A DNA stretch of 64,000 nucleotides from the NCBI GenBank assembly GCA_963668025.2, contig CAXXTH010000017.1, positions 1,440,001 through 1,504,000 on the forward strand, read 5' to 3'. Positions 1-10,523 of this stretch are shown here, one piece after another (the stretch's first letter is position 1; each line of letters begins with the position of its first letter). The notes under the pieces were generated by a model. That model searched no databases. It was not told the DNA's origin and saw only the letters and a list, made by a program, of their open reading frames with translations. Source of the DNA: Candidatus Hydrogenedentota bacterium. Lineage in GTDB: Bacteria > Hydrogenedentota > Hydrogenedentia > Hydrogenedentales > SLHB01. The position numbers and the translations under genes are program-made.

Positions 1-238
1 CGCCTTGAGCTTCGTCATGATCTGGCTGGCCATTCCCTTTGCGATGCGCCTGCGTCGGGGCGGGCTTGCCATCAGCTTCGGCGCGAGCATCGCCGTGGCC
101 GTAGCATATGTCGTCGCCTATTTTACGAGCGTGGGCCTTGGCCAAATGGGGCGGCTAGACCCCTTCATGGCGGCCTGGCTGCCCAATATTTTATTCTTCA
201 GCGGCGGCGTTTATCTGTTGTGGCGCACGCCTACGTGA
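1..238 (+). CDS. LptF/LptG family LPS export permease, C-terminal fragment (truncated by window edge)
   Basis: Hydrophobic helices ending in the LptF/G-typical 'LGQMGRLDPFMAAWLPNILF' motif. Confidence 0.8.
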   Translation, partial: ALSFVMIWLAIPFAMRLRRGGLAISFGASIAVAVAYVVAYFTSVGLGQMGRLDPFMAAWLPNILFFSGGVYLLWRTPT

Positions 239-250
239 CAAGGATGCAAG

Positions 251-982
251 ATGCGGATACACGTGATTGAAGGCGCGCCCGGCTGCGCCTATGCCGTTAA
301 ACACGGCTGCACGGCGGTTATCGTGGACGCCATGCGCGCAAGCGCCACCGCCGCGTTTCTGCTCGAATGCGGCGCGGCGGATTTGCTCATCGTACGGGAA
401 GTCGAAGAAGCTCTCGCAGCGAAAACCGAACAGCCCGATGCCCTCGTGTATGGCGAGCGGGGCGGGCTTCCCCCCGAAGGATTCGATTTCGGAAACAGCC
501 CGCGCGAGGCGGAAGCGGCCCGGGACCGGCGGGTCATCTTCAGCACCACCACGGGCGCGGGACGTCTTGTGGCGGCCTGGGGTGCGAAGGCGGCTTTCAT
601 GGGCTCGACGGTCAACGCTTCATCCGTTGCGGCGGTTATCGCGCGATATGAAGCGGACGCCGTGCTTATTCCCGCGGGCCTCGCTACGGACGACACCTTT
701 TTCGCCCAGGAAGACTGGGCCGCCGCCACGGCCATCGCAATGAAACTCGCCGCGCAAGGCGCCGTCCTGGGAGAAGGCGCGGAGGACTTCGCCTATTGGC
801 GCGAACGCATCATCGAGGAAGGGCTGCCCCGCCTGTTCGATACAGCCCCCCATGCGGATAAACTGCGTAAGGTGGGCCTCACGGAAGACATCGCTTTCAG
901 CGCCCAGATGGATATTTGCCGCGCCGTGCCCATTGCCGTCGAGAGAACGAAATATGGGGTGCGCTGCGCGCGGGCCTCATGA
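251..982 (+). CDS. comB: 2-phosphosulfolactate phosphatase family protein
   Basis: Motifs 'VIVDAMRASAT', 'GERGGLPPEGFDFGNSPRE', 'STTTG', 'EDWAAA'. Confidence 0.85.
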   Translation: MRIHVIEGAPGCAYAVKHGCTAVIVDAMRASATAAFLLECGAADLLIVREVEEALAAKTEQPDALVYGERGGLPPEGFDFGNSPREAEAARDRRVIFSTTTGAGRLVAAWGAKAAFMGSTVNASSVAAVIARYEADAVLIPAGLATDDTFFAQEDWAAATAIAMKLAAQGAVLGEGAEDFAYWRERIIEEGLPRLFDTAPHADKLRKVGLTEDIAFSAQMDICRAVPIAVERTKYGVRCARAS

Positions 983-1085
983 ACATATCCGGCGGCTGTG
1001 GCGGGTATTTCATTCCCTCGCCGGCGGATGGGCATGCCCTTGGCTTTGCCGCCATTCCTCTGGGTATCGCCCAATGCGTTTCGTC

Positions 1086-3785
1086 TTATAACCGTTCAAA
1101 ATGCAGCACGCGCGAAGCCCAGAGATCCAGTTTTTTAAGTAATTGCTTGTAATCGATAGGCTTGCTTAAATAATCATTCATGCCCATGGCAAGGCACTGT
1201 TCATGATCGCCCTGCATGGCATATGCGGTTAAAGCGACAATGGGTATATGTGACCGTTCGTCTGGCAAGTTTCGGATTGCCCGGGTCGCCTCGAAACCGT
1301 CCATTACCGGCATCTGGCAGTCCATCAGCACGAGGTCATATTTGCCCGTACGCACTTCCTCCACCGCTTTCGCTCCGTCCGAGGCCCATCTCACGGAACA
1401 CCCGGCTTTCCGCAACATGGCAAGCGCGACTTCACTGTTTATTTGATTGTCTTCCACGAGAAGCACTCGAAGGCCGTACCGATGATCATCCGGCAGGTTA
1501 TATATAGACGCCAAATCTTCTTCTGAACTCGATGACAATGCGTCTTCTGTTTTTTCGCTGAACGCAGCGGAAATGGCGCGCAGGAGATCAGATTGCTTAA
1601 CAGGCTTCGTCAAAAAACCGAAGAATCCTTCCTCTGTTTCGGGAGAAGCGTTGGTTTTGTATTCCATTGAAGTAAGCAAGATTAACACCGCTTCGCCCAG
1701 GCTGGCATCCTCTTTTATGGCCAGTCCCAGTTCTACCCCATTCGTCTCGGGCATGTCTGCATCAATTAACACCAGGTCATATGGCGCTCCCGCTGCAGCG
1801 TTTTCGCGCATCACTTGCAGCGCTTCTCCGGCATCCCGCGCGGTTCTCGTGGAACACAACAGCGGTTTGAGCAGATCCTGAATGCTCTCCCGGCTGGCCT
1901 CGTTGTCATCCACGATAAGCACTTTTTTATCCGGCAAACAACGCTGGGCGGGCAGCTCCTGCCCGGCTCCGGCGGGCTGCTTTTCAAACGGCAGCACCAA
2001 CCAGAATGTAGAGCCGATTCCTTCGATGCTTTCCACCCCAATTTCACCGCCCATGAGCTCCACCAACTGCTTGGAGATGGCTAACCCTAATCCCGTTCCG
2101 CCATACCGGCGTGTCATGGAGCCGTCAGCCTGAATAAATGATTGAAAAAGACGGCCTATAGCCGATTCCGGTATCCCGATCCCGGTATCCATCACCACAA
2201 TGCGCAGCCTTGCCCAGTGTTCACTTTCCGCTTCCAATAGGATCCTCAGCACGATCTCGCCTGTTTCCGTGAATTTGACCGCATTGGTGCATATATTGGT
2301 TAATACTTGGCGCAGCCGCCCCGGATCACCTACCAGCATGCGGGGCACGTTGGACGGCATGTGGACGATGAACTCCAGATTTTTCTGGTGGGCTCTTAAG
2401 GCGACAAGATCGGACAACTGCTCCACGACGGCTTGCAGATTGAATGTAATCAGTTCTAATTCCAGCTTTCCTGCTTCTATCTTCGAGAAATCTAGAATAT
2501 CATTGATGACTTGTATCAAAGACTCCGTGGATATCTGCATGGCTTCGCAATACCGGCGCTGTTGTGTATCCAAACGCGTTTCCAAGAGCATCTGAACCAT
2601 GCCGAATACGCCATTCATCGGGGTGCGGATCTCGTGGCTCATATTGGCGAGAAACTCACTCTTCGCCTTACTGGCAAGCTCCGCCGCCTCTTTCGCCTGG
2701 GCCAATAGTGCATTGCGCGACTCGATATCATGGCGGGCTTCGGCCAACTGCCCAAGCATATGGTTGAACTCTTGCCCCAGCGCCGACATCTCATCGTTGC
2801 CCGGGACATCGATGCGTTGATCCAGCACATCGTCCGCATGCATGCGTTCGATAAAGTCGCGCAGTTTGCTCACGGGAGCCAGGACGAAACGCCGCATAAA
2901 GAGCAGATTGATGAATAAGGTGGCTATAAACGCCACAAACATACTCAATAACAATACAATGACAGTATGGACCCCTTGATGATAAAAGGAACGGGTCAGA
3001 ATGACTCGGGCCAAGAGCATGTCGCGTCCGTCAAAATCTGGGAGAGTAAAATATCCCGTAAGGGTATTATAATCATGCGAGAGCAATCCATATTGGCGTG
3101 AACGATCAGGCAAGTCTAGATAGGCCTGCGCATCGGCGGGGATATTAGGACGGTCCAGCCGGATAAACTCGACATCTATCTTTTGTTCGGACTCGATCTC
3201 TTTATCAAAAGAATCATTTACGTAGCGCCCCACTACTACTAAGCCCGGGCTGTTGCCGCTTCCATCACTAAGGGTGACTGCTTGGGCAGCAATCATCAAT
3301 GGGCATGAATCCAAAGGGATGAGGCCGCTGGATGGGCCTCCGGAAATGATGGCTTCAATCTTGTTTTTGTGTTCTCTGATGTATTGCACGAATTCGTCTG
3401 GGAGAGGAACCACCTCTTTCTCGTCTGTGTCATATGCGATGGAGCCTATGATTTCTCCTTGCAGGTTCACCAAGGCAAAGATATTCAGGCTAAAAAAAGA
3501 GACTACCTCCGTGGTCAGATTCTCGCTGTTGTATTCTTCGACATGTTTACCGAAAAAATAGTCATACGTATCCGTCCATTGGGCATAATCACCCACCATA
3601 GCAAACAAGCGTTCCGTGTATTCTTTTACGTCATGTTCTGCACGCAGGACATCTTTTTCCACATAGGCATATTCCAGTTGTTCGATTTTGGACAGAAGAA
3701 TCGTGTTCACCAGTACGCAGACTACGGCGCCCAATACTAAAAACAAAAATAACTGGACTGCCAGCATTTTTCCACGAAGGGACAC
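1086..3785 (-). CDS. Hybrid sensor histidine kinase (CHASE4-like periplasmic domain, HAMP, HisKA, HATPase, two receiver domains)
   Basis: Two TM helices; '[11 protein letters not shown]' CHASE4-like; H-box '[16 protein letters not shown]'; 'YGGTGLGL'; two REC domains ('LIVDDN', 'LLVEDN...[14 protein letters not shown]'). Confidence 0.92.
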   Translation of the reverse strand: MSLRGKMLAVQLFLFLVLGAVVCVLVNTILLSKIEQLEYAYVEKDVLRAEHDVKEYTERLFAMVGDYAQWTDTYDYFFGKHVEEYNSENLTTEVVSFFSLNIFALVNLQGEIIGSIAYDTDEKEVVPLPDEFVQYIREHKNKIEAIISGGPSSGLIPLDSCPLMIAAQAVTLSDGSGNSPGLVVVGRYVNDSFDKEIESEQKIDVEFIRLDRPNIPADAQAYLDLPDRSRQYGLLSHDYNTLTGYFTLPDFDGRDMLLARVILTRSFYHQGVHTVIVLLLSMFVAFIATLFINLLFMRRFVLAPVSKLRDFIERMHADDVLDQRIDVPGNDEMSALGQEFNHMLGQLAEARHDIESRNALLAQAKEAAELASKAKSEFLANMSHEIRTPMNGVFGMVQMLLETRLDTQQRRYCEAMQISTESLIQVINDILDFSKIEAGKLELELITFNLQAVVEQLSDLVALRAHQKNLEFIVHMPSNVPRMLVGDPGRLRQVLTNICTNAVKFTETGEIVLRILLEAESEHWARLRIVVMDTGIGIPESAIGRLFQSFIQADGSMTRRYGGTGLGLAISKQLVELMGGEIGVESIEGIGSTFWLVLPFEKQPAGAGQELPAQRCLPDKKVLIVDDNEASRESIQDLLKPLLCSTRTARDAGEALQVMRENAAAGAPYDLVLIDADMPETNGVELGLAIKEDASLGEAVLILLTSMEYKTNASPETEEGFFGFLTKPVKQSDLLRAISAAFSEKTEDALSSSSEEDLASIYNLPDDHRYGLRVLLVEDNQINSEVALAMLRKAGCSVRWASDGAKAVEEVRTGKYDLVLMDCQMPVMDGFEATRAIRNLPDERSHIPIVALTAYAMQGDHEQCLAMGMNDYLSKPIDYKQLLKKLDLWASRVLHFERL

Positions 3786-4426
3786 GGCAACACTCTCCCT
3801 CTCTCATGTCAATGGGTGCAAAATTACTATAGCCTCTCCCCTTCCCACAATAGGCTGCACTGCCTTTGAACGTGAAAGATTGTTCTCTCTAAAATTTTTC
3901 TCCGCTTTGGAACATCCCGGTCCACATGGCGCATTCTTTAGTGAATGATTAAGCCCAATCAAATGAGTACGATTTGATTGCGTCTGCTTTACCTGGATGT
4001 GCAAAGGTCTTTGCGCGCCCGAAACCCAAAGCCCTTATTAATCTACATTTTATTTTAGCACATATCTGACGAAAACGAGTTTCACATTCTCTCTACTTTC
4101 TATAATTTTAGGTATTTTTCATTATCCTGTCAAATAACATTATTCGCCCTTAGCCTGCTCATATAGCGTGGAATACGAACAAACCAGTGAAGCGCGGTTG
4201 TGAAAATCCTGCGATGTGTTTTTTCATCCGGGAATGCATGGGCGGGATTCCCATGTTGGAGGCGGCTTGAAAGAAAAGTACAAATCCGGCCGATGTTTTT
4301 TCCCTGGCGGTTTTGGAACTTCAACTTTCTTGCCGTGTTCTATAGGGCAATGATAGTATGCTCGATACGTTCTGCGTTTAGGTGTTCCGTGCCGCAAGGG
4401 CGCTTGCGTACGATATGGAGAGGCTC

Positions 4427-5665
4427 ATGGACAAGCCGGTAATCGCGTATCTTGCTAGTGAGTATCCTGCATTGTCCCATACCTTCATTTTTCGTGAAGT
4501 GCAAGCATTGCGGGAACGGGGCTTCTCCATCGCCACTGCATCGATTAATCCACCGAAGGCTCTCGAACGCATGACAATCGCCGAACAGGATGAAGCCGCT
4601 TCCACGTTGGTGATCAAGAAGGCTTCCATGGGGCTGTTGCTGCGTTCTTTTACTTCGCTGGCGTTTCATAGGCCGGGAGGATTCGGGCGGATTTGCCGGA
4701 GAACCTTTTCGGCCCCCTTGCGCGAACGCGCCGGGTGGAGGATGGCCTTTTTTTATGGCGTGGAAGCGGTTGTGCTCGCGGCATGGATGCGGGAGCGGGG
4801 CATTGGCCATGTCCATGTCCATTTCGCCAATCCCGCGGCGACGGTAGCTTGGGTGGCCGCCGCCGATCCGGCGGTATCATACAGCCTGAGTGTTCATGGC
4901 CCGAATGTGTTTGATGATGTCCGTCTTTCGCTGTTGCCCGAGAAGTTGCAGGGGGCGCGCTTTGTGCGGTGCATCAGTCATTTTTGCCGCAGCCAGGTGT
5001 TGCGCTGGCTGCCGCCCGGGCAATGGGGCAAAACATCGATTGTCCGGTGTGGCGTTGATATGGAACGCTTCCAATTCCGCCCCATTCCAGAAAACGCGGT
5101 TCCTGAGATTCTGTGTGTCGGGCGGCTTGTCCCCGAGAAAGGCCAGCACGTGCTGGTATCCGCCTGCGCCCAGCTCAAAGCCGCACGGAAGCCATTTCAT
5201 CTCACCTTTGTGGGGGATGGGCCAGATCGAGCGAGCCTCGAACGCCAAGTGTCTGAATTAGGGCTTGGCGGCGAAATCACCTTTGCTGGCGCCGTGGGCC
5301 AGGATGCCGTGCATCCATTTTACAATCGAGCCGATATTTTCGCACTCGCCAGCTTCGCGGAAGGGCTGCCCGTCGTACTCATGGAAGCCATGGCGAAGGG
5401 CATTCCCTGCGTTTCGACGCGCATCGCGGCCATCCCTGAACTGATCGAGCACGAACGCACGGGTTTAGCAGTGGCTCCAGGAGATGAAACCGGCCTTGCG
5501 AATGCGTTGCAACGGCTGCTAGAAGAACCCGGTTTACGCCGCCAATTGGGTGCGGCAGGCCGCATGGCCGTGGCCGGGCAACACGACATTGCCCAATGCG
5601 GAAATGGGATGGAAGCCCTATTCATACGCTTTTGGGGAACTAAACCGGAGCATGTGGGTTGTTGA
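4427..5665 (+). CDS. GT4 glycosyltransferase (WcaL-like)
   Basis: 'YPALSHTFIFREV', 'HVHFA', 'VGRLVPEKG', 'SFAEGLPVVLMEAMA'; ATG 4427 follows GGAGAGG RBS (alternative starts 4382/4415). Confidence 0.88.
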   Translation: MDKPVIAYLASEYPALSHTFIFREVQALRERGFSIATASINPPKALERMTIAEQDEAASTLVIKKASMGLLLRSFTSLAFHRPGGFGRICRRTFSAPLRERAGWRMAFFYGVEAVVLAAWMRERGIGHVHVHFANPAATVAWVAAADPAVSYSLSVHGPNVFDDVRLSLLPEKLQGARFVRCISHFCRSQVLRWLPPGQWGKTSIVRCGVDMERFQFRPIPENAVPEILCVGRLVPEKGQHVLVSACAQLKAARKPFHLTFVGDGPDRASLERQVSELGLGGEITFAGAVGQDAVHPFYNRADIFALASFAEGLPVVLMEAMAKGIPCVSTRIAAIPELIEHERTGLAVAPGDETGLANALQRLLEEPGLRRQLGAAGRMAVAGQHDIAQCGNGMEALFIRFWGTKPEHVGC

Positions 5666-5846
5666 TACCGATAGCGGCAAGGCTCCATAACTTTGTTTAG
5701 GGCTAAGCAATGGGGATGAAACGGGCTTGATGATCGCTAAAATCTGCCTGGCGCTGGCGCGCAAGCGCCGAGCATGGAGCCATCCCGGCAAATGATTTCA
5801 GAAAAAGTATTGATTTTGCGCCATTTAACCGCCACAATATAGGCAT

Positions 5847-6614
5847 GTGAACAATAAAGGCAACAGAGGGGTTGGTATTTTGGATTGGCTCCGGGAAGAA
5901 AGCCCTCAAGAGGCGCAAGAACGGCTGCACTTAGTGGCTCGATATGCCCAAGTGGGCCAGTGCGTCAGCAGCGTAGCGCATGATGTGAACAATTATCTGG
6001 GCGCTATTATGGCTTATGCCGAACTCATTGGCCTCGAGGAGAGCCTGGGCGCCGACACGCGGCGCATGCTGGATGAGATCATCGGCGCGGTGCGGAAAGC
6101 CAGCGGGCTTATGGGCAATTTGACGGATGTTGCCCGAAAAGACCGCAAAGATATCCGTATCGTGAATCCGGAGCAATTAATTGATCGCGCTCTGGATATC
6201 CGCCGGTATGACATCAAAGTCGGCGGCGTCTCCCTGGAGACCGATTACGAGCAGGGGCTCGGGGCTATCGCCATCGATCTCCCGCGAACGCAGCAAGCCA
6301 TCATGAGCCTTCTTTCCAACGCCATTGAAGCCATGGAAAATGAAAAGACACGAAAGATATGGGTGTCCGCCCGAACCTTTGACAATATGGTGGAGCTCAG
6401 CTTCCGGGATTCCGGGCAGCCTATATCCGAGTCGTTGCAAGACTCCATGTTTGAACCTTTCTTTACGACAAAGGGAGGGTTGCATCTAGGATTGGGTCTT
6501 CCGGCCGCCCGAGCCGTTGCCCAGCAACAACAAGGCACGCTTACGTATGAGCCTGAACGGGGATTCGTGTTTCGCCTTCCCGCAAAAAGCAAGCCCGGCA
6601 GTTTTACTCAATAA
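5847..6614 (+). CDS. Small soluble histidine kinase (HisKA plus HATPase only)
   Basis: H-box 'VAHDVNNYL', N-box 'LLSNAIEA', 'MFEPFFTTK', 'GLGL'; no TM or sensor domain visible. Confidence 0.8.
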   Translation: MNNKGNRGVGILDWLREESPQEAQERLHLVARYAQVGQCVSSVAHDVNNYLGAIMAYAELIGLEESLGADTRRMLDEIIGAVRKASGLMGNLTDVARKDRKDIRIVNPEQLIDRALDIRRYDIKVGGVSLETDYEQGLGAIAIDLPRTQQAIMSLLSNAIEAMENEKTRKIWVSARTFDNMVELSFRDSGQPISESLQDSMFEPFFTTKGGLHLGLGLPAARAVAQQQQGTLTYEPERGFVFRLPAKSKPGSFTQ

Positions 6615-6925
6615 GTTCCCGGCCGCACATGGCGCTTGGGTAAAGCTTCACCATTAATCATCTTAGGGTGGAAGGGGATGCTTTTCCGCCTCCTCGAAAT
6701 GCGCTTCAGCGATTCCATCGCAATCCGGTAATCAACTGACAACTCTGCCGTATGCGCATTAATATCATTAACTGCGTGTTAATAATGCTTTTTGTGCGCG
6801 GTTTGTGCTCAATTTTCTCTGAAAAGTTGAGCGCCGAAACCTTCACTGCGGATGTAAAATGGCTCGAAGAGTTGAAGGCTGATACGTAAGTTATTTGAAT
6901 GGCTGGACTTACCTGGCAACGAGAA

Positions 6926-6973
6926 ATCGCATATTTTGTATTGACAGCCTTTAGATACCACTATATACTGTAG
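6926..6973 (+). promoter_or_regulatory. Tandem NrdR boxes overlapping the promoter
   Basis: CCACTATATACTGTAG (6958-6973) and weaker ATCGCATATTTTGTAT (6926-6941) resemble the consensus acaCwAtATaTwGtgt; they are 32 bp apart and lie upstream of nrdD. Confidence 0.65.
6941..6969 (+). promoter_or_regulatory. Sigma70-type promoter upstream of nrdD
   Basis: TTGACA (6941-6946), 17-nt spacer, TATACT (6964-6969). Confidence 0.75.
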
Positions 6974-7536
6974 TTTGTCGGAGGTGGGGATGGCAAACAC
7001 TTCTAGCCGGGTGGATACATACAGGCTCGGAAGCGTGAGTTGGCCGTCATCAAGCCGTGAAAGTGTTTATGCGGAACGCTTTACGCGGCTTCGGAACCGA
7101 TCTTGGGGGGAACGGAGTGGGCAAACAGCGGTTTGCCCCATCGTTCCTAGCGGTTTTGACCGGCGATGAGCAGGTGAATGGCGTAGTTGGCGTGGGGCCA
7201 GAAACCGGAAAAAGGTGCGAATAGGGCTGCGATACCGTTGAGGTAGCGTTATGCCTAAGATGCGCCAGCGTGGGTGGGTTCCATCCCATGGGGATGAACG
7301 GAATCTGGCCGTGTTGCGGAAGGCTGCACTAGGCGTTTCTTCGAAGCAACTCTTCAAGCAAATCCACTTTTGTCCATTTTCACCGTTTTTGTGTGAGAAA
7401 AAATTGTATTCGGGATGGCTTCGCGCGCCCTCTATTGCCAGAGTGATGCGAAGATGGATTTTTAACGCGTAGGGGGGGAGGGGCGGCTATCCAGCGGCTA
7501 GGGCGGGGCCGGTGGGTGCTGCGCGGAAGGAGAATT

Positions 7537-9658
7537 ATGTTTGACGTTATTCGCAAACGGGATGGAAGCGTCGAGAAGTTTCACCCAGAAAAGATCACTT
7601 GGGCCATATTCAAAGCGGCGGCCGCCTGCGGCGGCAATGATTTCGGCCGGGCGGAAGCGCTGAGCACGGAAGTTATTGATATCGCCTTGGGGAAACTGGG
7701 CGATCGCATCCCTGAAGTGGAAGAGATTCAGGATATTGTCGAGAAAGTCCTTATTGAAAACGGCCACGCAAAGACCGCCAAAGCCTACATCCTGTATCGG
7801 GAGAAACGGGCGGGGGCCCGCAATCTGAACGCCCTTATCGGCGCCACGATCAGCATGTTTTCCGATTATCTCGGCGACAAGGATTGGCGGATTAAGGAGA
7901 ATGCGAACACCCAAAAGAGCATTAATGGCCTTAACAATTATGTGCGTGAGTTTTTCACCAAGAATTACTGGCTTCATGAAATCTACCCAGCGGAAGTCCG
8001 GGAGGCCCATGAATCGGGTGATCTGCATATCCACGACCTGGGCTTTTTAGGTGCGTATTGCGCGGGGTGGGATCTGCGCCAGCTTCTTATGGAAGGCTTC
8101 GGAGGCGTTCCGGGCAAAGTCGAGAGCCGCCCGCCGAAACATCTGCGTTCATTTCTGGGCCAGATCACCAACTCGACGTTCACGACCCAAGGCGAGCTGG
8201 CGGGCGCCCAGGCATGGTCGAGCTTTGACACCTATTGCGCGCCGTTCGTACGCTACGATGGCCTGAGTTTCGCGCAAGTGAAGCAATCGCTCCAAGAGTT
8301 CATCTTCAACATCAACGTGCCCACGCGCGTGGGCTTCCAGTGCCCCTTCTCGAATCTGACCTTCGACCTTACGGTGCCATCCACGCTAAAAGACCAGGCC
8401 GTGATCATTGGCGGCAAGCTCATAGATGCGAAATACGGCGACTTCCAGGCAGAGATGAACCTCTTCAATAAAGCCTTTTGCGAGGTCATGATCGAAGGGG
8501 ACGCCAAGGGGCGGGTATTCACATTCCCAATTCCCACCATCAATATCACCAAGGATTTCGATTGGGATTCGCCCGCGGTGGATGCTTTCATGGAGGCCAC
8601 CTGCAAATACGGCATTCCCTATTTCGCCAATTATGTCAACAGCGACCTTTCGCCGGAAGACGCGGTTTCCATGTGCTGCCGGTTGCGCATCGACACTACC
8701 GAGCTGCGCAAACGCGGCGGCGGCTTATTCGGCAGCAACCCCCTCACGGGCAGCGTAGGCGTCGTGACCATTAATCTACCCCGTATCGGCTATCTCTCGA
8801 AATCGAAAGAGGAATTCAAGGCCCGCCTGTGGCGGCTGGTTCAGATCGGCAAGACCTCCCTCGAGATCAAACGCAAGATCGTCGAGCATCAAACGGAGTT
8901 TGGCCTTTATCCTTATTCCTCCCACTATTTGCGCAAAGTGAAAGAGCGCACGGACGAATACTGGCACAACCATTTCAGCACCATCGGCGTTGTCGGCATG
9001 AATGAAGCGCTGGTGAACTTCATGGGCACGGATATCACTAAGCCGGAAGGCCAAGCGTTTGCCCTCGATATCATGAACTACATGCGCGGGCTTCTGGTGG
9101 ATATACAAAGCGAGACGGGCCATGTCTATAATTTGGAAGCCACTCCCGCCGAAGGCACCGCCTACCGCCTGGCCCGCTTGGACAAGTCCAAGTATCCCGA
9201 TCTGCACGCCGCGGGCAACGGCACGCCGTATTACACCAATTCGACGCAACTCCCCGTGGGATACACGCCGGATCTGTTCGAGACGGTGGAGCTCCAAGAC
9301 GCCCTGCAGACATGCTATACCGGCGGCACGGTGCTGCATGCCTATCTGGGAGAAAGCATTGACGACATCACGGTGTGCAAGCGGGTGATCCAGCGGATAT
9401 TCGCAAAATATAAATTGCCTTATCTCAGCATTACGCCTACCTTCAGCATTTGCCAGGAACACGGGTATTTGCGGGGCGAGCAATTCCATTGCCCCCAATG
9501 CGGCGCGGAAGCGGAAGTCTGGTCGCGCGTGACGGGATATTTGCGCCCTGTCGCCAATTACAACGATGGCAAAAAAAGCCGAGTATTTCGATCGGCTGAA
9601 ATTCGATATCCCCGTTATGCCCCCCGAACCGGAGCTGGCGGGAACTGGATTGAACTAA
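7537..9658 (+). CDS. nrdD: Anaerobic (class III) ribonucleoside-triphosphate reductase with N-terminal ATP cone; apparent +1 frameshift at the A7 run 9571-9577
   Basis: ATP cone 'VIRKRDGSVEKF', 'SMCCRL', 'EATPAEG', CxxHGY...CPQC, glycyl-radical motif 'WSRVTGYLRPV'. Removing one A gives the canonical-looking end GKKAEYFDRLKFDI...LN-TAA (9656-9658). Confidence 0.9.
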
Positions 9659-10395
9659 TGCAAATCGCGGGACTCGAGAAGTGTTCTTTTGTGGACTGGC
9701 CGGGCATGATGGCCGCAACGGTCTTCACGCCCGGATGCAATTTCGATTGCTTTTACTGCCACAACCACCGGCTGCTATGCGGCGGTCCAAGGGCCTTCCT
9801 CCCCCTGTCTGGGCTGCTGGCATGGCTTGATTCACGCCGTGGCCTCCTCGATGGCGTCGTGATCACCGGTGGCGAGCCCACCCTCCAGCAAGGCCTGGAG
9901 CGGTTTATCGAGCAGGTGCGCGAACGTGGATTTCCGGTGAAACTCGACACCAACGGATCCCGGCCGGAACGTCTCGCCCACCTGCTCGATGAGAATATGC
10001 TCGATTATGTGGCCATGGATGTGAAAGCGCCCCGGGAAAAATATAGCGATGTATGCGGCCTCCGCGTGAACGCCCGGGCTATTGACGCCAGCATTCAATG
10101 TATTATGGAGAAAGCGCCTGCATACGAGTTCCGCACTACGGTCCTGCCTCAATTTTCCGTGGAAGATATCGAGTCCATTTCGCGCCGCATCGCGGGTGCG
10201 AAACATTATTACCTGCAAGCATTCCGCTCGATTGCCCAGCGGGCTGGACGGATGCCTGATCTGCGGCTCGAGCATCCGCCTCACGGAATTCGCATGCTGG
10301 AAGACATGGCCCAGCGCGCCGCCCGCCACGTCCGCCATTGCGCTCTGCGCGGCCTGCCGCAAAATGCGCTCCGCCTGGCAAACAGCACCTCTTGA
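9658..10395 (+). CDS. nrdG: Anaerobic RNR activating enzyme (radical SAM)
   Basis: 'MQIAGLEKCSFVDWPG', CxxxCxxC 'CNFDCFYC', 'ITGGEPTLQ', 'KLDTNGS'; ATG overlaps the restored nrdD stop (TAATG). Confidence 0.9.
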   Translation: MQIAGLEKCSFVDWPGMMAATVFTPGCNFDCFYCHNHRLLCGGPRAFLPLSGLLAWLDSRRGLLDGVVITGGEPTLQQGLERFIEQVRERGFPVKLDTNGSRPERLAHLLDENMLDYVAMDVKAPREKYSDVCGLRVNARAIDASIQCIMEKAPAYEFRTTVLPQFSVEDIESISRRIAGAKHYYLQAFRSIAQRAGRMPDLRLEHPPHGIRMLEDMAQRAARHVRHCALRGLPQNALRLANSTS

Positions 10396-10473
10396 GTGTG
10401 GCGGTTCATATTCCCGCCGCATGGGCGCGGGGTGCGAACCTCTGCTGGCTTCTGTTTTTCATCATGAAAAACG

Positions 10474-10499
10474 AGGGGCGCGCTCGAAAGCGCGCCCCT
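10474..10499 (-). terminator. Hairpin terminator between convergent genes
   Basis: AGGGGCGCGCT-CGAA-AGCGCGCCCCT stem with a T-tract on the minus strand. Confidence 0.6.
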
Positions 10500-10523
10500 G
10501 AATGTTTATCTGGTTGGGCTAAT

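Noticed and set aside
7200-7330. Cobalamin riboswitch in the nrdD leader (GGTGCGAATAGGG...)
   Set aside because: Lacks the ordered AGGGAA..GGTG.AA.TCC..CCC...ACTGT core and B12 box; kept only as an unknown structured leader
9571-9578. Programmed -1 frameshift at AAAAAAG
   Set aside because: Reaching the native NrdD end needs a +1 shift, and the heptamer is not in the -1 register of the reading frame
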